DNA of 33,000 bases from Sminthopsis crassicaudata (Eukaryota). Shown here in pieces: positions 32,651 through 33,000 of this stretch. Where the stretch lies: contig NC_133619.1 in assembly GCF_048593235.1 (NCBI RefSeq), forward strand, positions 298,823,454-298,856,453. Direction: 5' to 3'. The notes below the pieces were generated by a model. It did not search any database. It was not told the origin of the DNA and saw only the letters and a program-made list of their open reading frames with translations. Position numbers and translations under genes: made by a program. Every line of letters begins with the position of its first letter. Position 1 is the first letter of the stretch.

Positions 32651-33000
32651 CCTCATGTCAGTGAAGTTTTAAGTCAAATCTCTATGTCAATTCCCAGCAC
32701 CTAGCATAATATCTTAACAATAGTAGGTGCTTAATCATTGCTTGTTGAAGCAATTAATGGTTGTTGAATTCTCAGAAGGCTTCCTGATCCCAAAAGTTTG
32801 GGGGTTTTGTTGTGATGGTGGTGGGTTTTTTAAATAGATGGTTCAACACCAATTCCCATGTACAGAGATAAAGGAAGACCCACCAAATAAATAAATTTTT
32901 AAGAAGTAGGGCTATTAGAATAATTTGATGAAAGAATTGCTGGAGTTTATTTAAATTCAACCAGGAAGCTCTAATAGTAAGCAGAATACAGAAAATCCAG

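Noticed and set aside
1-33000. CRISPR arrays, tRNA/rRNA genes, C/D snoRNA, RSX-like repeat lncRNA
   Set aside because: I saw no repeat-spacer arrays, cloverleafs beyond SINE heads, paired C/D boxes or GC-rich tandem monomers.

Overview
AT-rich, strongly CpG-depleted vertebrate genomic DNA. The repeat content (marsupial-type L1 ORF1 and 3' ends, MAR1-like CORE-SINEs with RTE-type tails, many MIR, L2 and CR1/L3 relics) points to a marsupial, probably a dasyurid; this is inferred from remembered repeat consensus motifs, not from a search. Much of the window is decayed retroelement sequence, and there is a 769-N assembly gap at 20962-21730. I recognise no protein-coding gene by homology. There is, however, a cluster of minus-strand exon-like units with mostly good splice signals between about 4.0 and 17.0 kb. 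Five of them (4.0-6.5 kb) splice into one continuous 92-aa reading frame, and one has a U12-consensus donor. This may be an unannotated or fast-evolving gene or a spliced lncRNA. The clearest structural oddity is a ~195-bp inverted repeat pair (11782-11975 / 13396-13590) next to twin consensus splice donors. No prokaryotic features, CRISPR arrays, tRNA or rRNA genes were seen.
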